Assembly (NCBI GenBank): GCA_008632985.1
Contig: QPGO01000289.1
Span: 1 to 64,000 of the forward strand
Reading direction: 5' to 3'
Source: Psammoneis japonica
Taxonomy: Eukaryota
DNA: 64,000 bases
In this document: positions 60,001 through 64,000 of the stretch, piece by piece
Layout: the number at the start of each line of letters is the position of its first letter
Numbering within the stretch: position 1 is the stretch's first letter
The notes under the pieces: model-generated
The model's input: only the letters and a program-made list of their open reading frames with translations
Databases searched by the model: none
Told to the model about the DNA's origin: nothing
Translations under genes and position numbers: made by a program

Positions 60001-60709
60001 GTCGTCGCGTCTTGAACGTTACAAGCGCAATCGTTTGAACGATTGCAATGGACATCATCACCACATGGTCTGGCAATGGTTTCACAAGAACTTAGTCCGG
60101 ATGGCTTCCATCATGATCCTATCCAAGCACGTCATCGACGATCTAGACTGTGCTGACGACGACACTACCCTCCTCAACCTGGACACTATGCCTGTTGTAG
60201 ATGACAGTAACAAACATCAGGAGGGTGTGTATGTTCATAAAGACAAGAATCGAGGAAAACGTGCCGTTCGTGCTGGGAAAGTTTCCGGTGTGACGCGAAA
60301 CTTCGGAGTTCGGAACAACGATCACGAGAAGGGTGCGTCACTGCGCACTTTGTCGCACCAGGGGAGCAAGTTCTACTCGTCATACCCTAGCAAGCAAGCA
60401 CCAAAAGAGTTGACAGCAGGGCGCAAAGGGTATTTTGAGAATCTAGAGCAAGTTATTGCATTTGGTTTTGACAGGGAAAAACCAGGAACGGTTGAAGCAC
60501 TTACCAAAGAAGGCGACGATGGCATTTTCATCTGGTCTCCAGAAATCTTGGCACATCTTCAGAATTCCAATGCTTCGGAGTCACTAACTGAGAAAAAGAT
60601 TTCAATGGTTTGCTATCTTGCAGAAGCTGCCAATGATCTCGCAATAGCGGAGAGCGACAATGTGTCAGAAAGTGCCGGTTTCGAGTCGTTTGGACTTCTC
60701 AATGCGTGA
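57074..60709 (+). mobile_element. Large pogo/Tc1-mariner-like DDD transposase with a GIY-YIG-like C-terminal region; one in-frame TAG at 57626-57628; spans an assembly gap
   Basis: ORFs 57074 and 57749 share a frame. Candidate triad GLDDTT / WFDGD / RTGSEAGCDL; C-terminal EGVYVHKD..VRAGK...FGVRNNDH. Continuity across the Ns is not proven. Confidence 0.6.
59113..59545. other. Assembly gap
   Basis: Run of N. Confidence 1.
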
Positions 60710-62214
60710 ATCACAAAACTTACCATTTACGGGAATGTAGCAGTAACTCACACTGTATATTTAGCCAGGTCATTCACCAACAAACTCTTATATCGAAAAT
60801 GCAGGATCTTGCACATTTGAACATTGTTCTTGAATCGCCGAGGCGCTTGTTTAGTACCTGCTGCGTGGCAACCAAGGCGGCACAGAAATTGAGCAATATG
60901 AAAAAGTCATACAAAAATGGTAATCCGGTTGAACATCAACAGAGTGATTCTCAATACTCACCCACGAGTCTGAACAAACGTGTGAAGCCATTTTAATGGC
61001 CATTCAAGCAATTCATCGTTCATACCATCAACTCATCCGACTCAGTCTCACTTTTTGCGCCGCAACGACGTGACAAACTCATGTGTCGGTAGAGCGGCTC
61101 CAAGATAACGGTTATCAACGCAACAAAATCGTAAATTCCTCATTCAATATGCATATGATCGTTATGAGTTGTATCCATGGCCCAAACAATTGTGTTGGAT
61201 GTATACTCAATGCGTTTTTGACCGCCCCCCAACTCTAGATTTCATCCTGACATGTGCAACCCAAAACGGCATACTAAAATTCGAAAATAAAACCTGTTGA
61301 AACAACAACACGTCAAAAGCAACGTGATAGTATAAATAATAGATTAGAAATGTCAAAAGTATGAACGAATGTTGAAGAGAGGCATCGAGTCCACACATCA
61401 ATTCATCTCGCAGAAACATGATCGAGTCACGAGTTCGAGCAGCAAATGTACTCACCTCGCGAAACACCATTTTACACTCTATTTCAACCAAACCAAGATG
61501 TAAGCAAGTCCTTTATAAGACGAGTGATCACGTCAATGCAAGAAATGAGTGGAAATCATCGTAAGACTAGCACAACAGCAGTATCAACAACGATCATCTT
61601 GTTTTGTGGTGTTTTAGTGTCCACATACACACACTTTCCTGGTACTGCTTCCACGTGGATGTACGCGAGTCCCGTCAGTGTCCATATTATTTGTGTTCAA
61701 CACAAAGAGTCCGTCGTATCTGTTCTCAATCAATATCTCCGGAAATTAATTTGGTATGAAAGTCTTCTTTCTTGGCAACGTAGAGGATATAATTTATATC
61801 CTATTCGCCGGATAGCATATAAAATCGAATTTGATTAGTCCGACTGAAAAAAATCTTGATGTACCCCCTTTGGAAAATTTCAGTCCATCTAATCAAATGA
61901 TTTTTATGTGTTTCAAAGGACATTTATATATATTGTATAGAAAGAGCGCGTATGACTTTAAATAATAAAAACACTGCAGTAACGAATGTTATAGATTTGT
62001 CATGATGTGCGAACACACGCCTACAACCGATAAGATGAACGCGATACATAGTCTCTATTCCAGAAGATTGAAGATCTTAAATCACCAATCACAAAGCACA
62101 TAGCATCGCATTGCTTGCTGTTGCTGTCTTTTGAATGCGGTGAGTTTGTTTGTTTCTATATGCTCCTCTATATGCTCCTCAACGATCGCTTTTGCCGTTA
62201 ATGTCATCTCACTG

Positions 62215-62766
62215 ATGCTCTCTATAAGGTTATTGCTCTCGACTCGATTGATTTGGGGTGTTGCGGCAGCATTCACGTCAAGCAACAAAAGCAGATTTTC
62301 ACCCTTTGTGATTGGCACCGAGACAAACACACTGATTTGCCGTAGCATGTCTGGAACCGATGAAGTAGAAGCCGCCAAGGCTGCCGCTGCATCGTACAAG
62401 TCGTCGGATAAGGATGGCGCTGGACCCGCCACGGTCTTTGACAAGATCTTATCCAAAGAGTGGTCGTCTGACGTTGTGTATGAGGACAACGAGTGTTTGG
62501 CCTTTCGAGACATTAACCCACAAGCTCCGACACACATTGTGCTCATTCCCAAGGATCGTGACGGTCTCGTGACCTTGTCGAATGCAAAGCCATCTCATAA
62601 AGCCATTCTCGGGCATTTAATGTATGTTGCGGCGCAAGTAGGAGAAAAGGAATGCCCGAATGGATATCGTCTCGTACTCAACAACGGCTCGGATGGTGCT
62701 CAGTCGGTTTATCACTTGCATTTGCACATTTTTGGAGGACGTCAAATGACTTGGCCGCCGGGATAA
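62215..62766 (+). CDS. HINT1: HIT-family (HINT-like) nucleotide hydrolase with a predicted organelle-targeting presequence
   Basis: TVFDKIL, AFRDINPQAPTH and GAQSVYHLHLHIFGGRQMTWPPG; N-terminal hydrophobic stretch ending AAA-F. Confidence 0.9.
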   Translation: MLSIRLLLSTRLIWGVAAAFTSSNKSRFSPFVIGTETNTLICRSMSGTDEVEAAKAAAASYKSSDKDGAGPATVFDKILSKEWSSDVVYEDNECLAFRDINPQAPTHIVLIPKDRDGLVTLSNAKPSHKAILGHLMYVAAQVGEKECPNGYRLVLNNGSDGAQSVYHLHLHIFGGRQMTWPPG

Positions 62767-63079
62767 GAAGTAATAATAGATACGGAGGAATCGTGAAAAC
62801 AATTCTCAGATCTTTTATTACAAAGTCCGAAATGGAATAGTTCTGTAAATCTGTAAGAATATAGTTGCTAGATCTCCTGTACTATACAAACGATTGTCAT
62901 AAAGTGGTATAAACTAGAAGTTGTATACACGGTGAGGCTGTAAAAGCCGCGCCCCATCTTTGTGTGTATATATATTTCGCTTAAATTTGGATTTGCCTTG
63001 CTCTTCTGGTAAAGCAACTCATCAGTGCTTCTTTGTACCCTATTTGTACCGATAGAACAAAATTGAATCTGTGTCTCTA

Positions 63080-63390
63080 TTCTTAGCCCTACATATAGCT
63101 TGATACTACCTTCACCAAATCCCTTTCGTATAGCTTCTCTAATTTTTTGCGCAACGCTTTCTCCTCCTGTTTGTTTTCCCCTAACAGATCGTTAAAGGCT
63201 ACGACTGCTGAATACGGCTCCGATCAGCGCAATAACTCGAACTTTCCCTTCACAAAAATACCATGTTCCTTTTTTCTGTTCAAATGTTGGTCTCACAGCT
63301 TTTCGACAAGAGAAGACTTGCCTGTTCCAAAATTTTGATGTTATTGTTGCTGTGGATGTGAAATTCTCGTCTGAACAAGTCGGCTCTCCT
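63080..63390 (-). pseudogene. AAA/STAND-type ATPase fragment with in-frame stops
   Basis: FGTGKSSLVEKL*...FVKGKFELLR*SEPYSAVVAFNDL. Confidence 0.6.
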
Positions 63391-64000
63391 TCTTTTGCTT
63401 CATTCTAAAAGTCCAACAATGATGAAACTCGGTTATATTCATCCAATAGAATCGAAAACTCCTCTGATCTCCCGTAGAGCTCGCTTACAGGTTTCAGTTT
63501 GCTGAAGTTGTCCGCCATTTTGCGAAGCTCTGCCTTCCCTCATCACCGCCATTGTGTCTACTTCCGAAACTGGCGACACATGGCATTCGCGGCGACACAT
63601 CGCACCAAAACGGCGAAACAAACACAGACAGACAGGCACGTAGGCAGGCAGATAGTTCAAATAGATCGTGCCACATAAAGGGATCGCAAATATACTACAC
63701 TCAGGAAGAACGGCAGGAAGAAATGGCAGAGTAGTCTGAGTTTCTTCTAACGCAGGCATACCAACAAGTGTGTGATAATGAGCAGACGTACCAGAAACAT
63801 AATTGCATCAACTCTGCTTGTTGGATCCAGAGTGTCCTCTTGCATAGCCCGGATCGGCAACACTTGCTTGCTTGCTTGAATGCCTTGACAAGTTCCGGTG
63901 AAAGTGGTTTGCCCAAAGCCAGCGATTTCAAGTTGGCATTGTAGTGCGAGAGTGAACTTGCCCCCATGACTTTTCCATCATGCTGTGACAATTGAGAGTC

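Overview
Eukaryotic nuclear DNA, very probably from a diatom. Evidence: short GT-AG introns and bipartite plastid-targeting presequences (VSA-FAP on glutathione reductase, AAA-F on a HIT protein). The window alternates between two kinds of sequence. (i) Normal-composition blocks hold host genes (AP2-JmjC-zinc finger protein, amino-acid transporter, PARN, a TPP1/Est3-like OB-fold protein, glutathione reductase, HINT), orphan gene fragments (SET, kinesin-14, GT32, NAD synthetase, MDR dehydrogenase, AAA ATPase) and two nearly intact transposases. (ii) Five sharply bounded islands (about 2.8-9.4, 11.5-19.0, 38.5-39.2, 43.2-45.6 and 47.8-57.0 kb, roughly 40% of the window) have lost almost all TpA dinucleotides. 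The islands hold degraded transposons (Sola-like, Harbinger-like twice, an RLE-type non-LTR element, a putative CAC-terminal element), 180-195 bp tandem repeats, an LRR gene and a RecG-exonuclease gene. Conserved motifs and tandem-repeat copies in the islands show the change ran TpA to CpA or TpG (A-to-G on either strand), partly together with CpG loss. This resembles a RIP-like, region-targeted hypermutation running opposite to fungal RIP, and is the main candidate novel system. All family assignments come from motif recognition by eye, not database searches, and all counts are manual.
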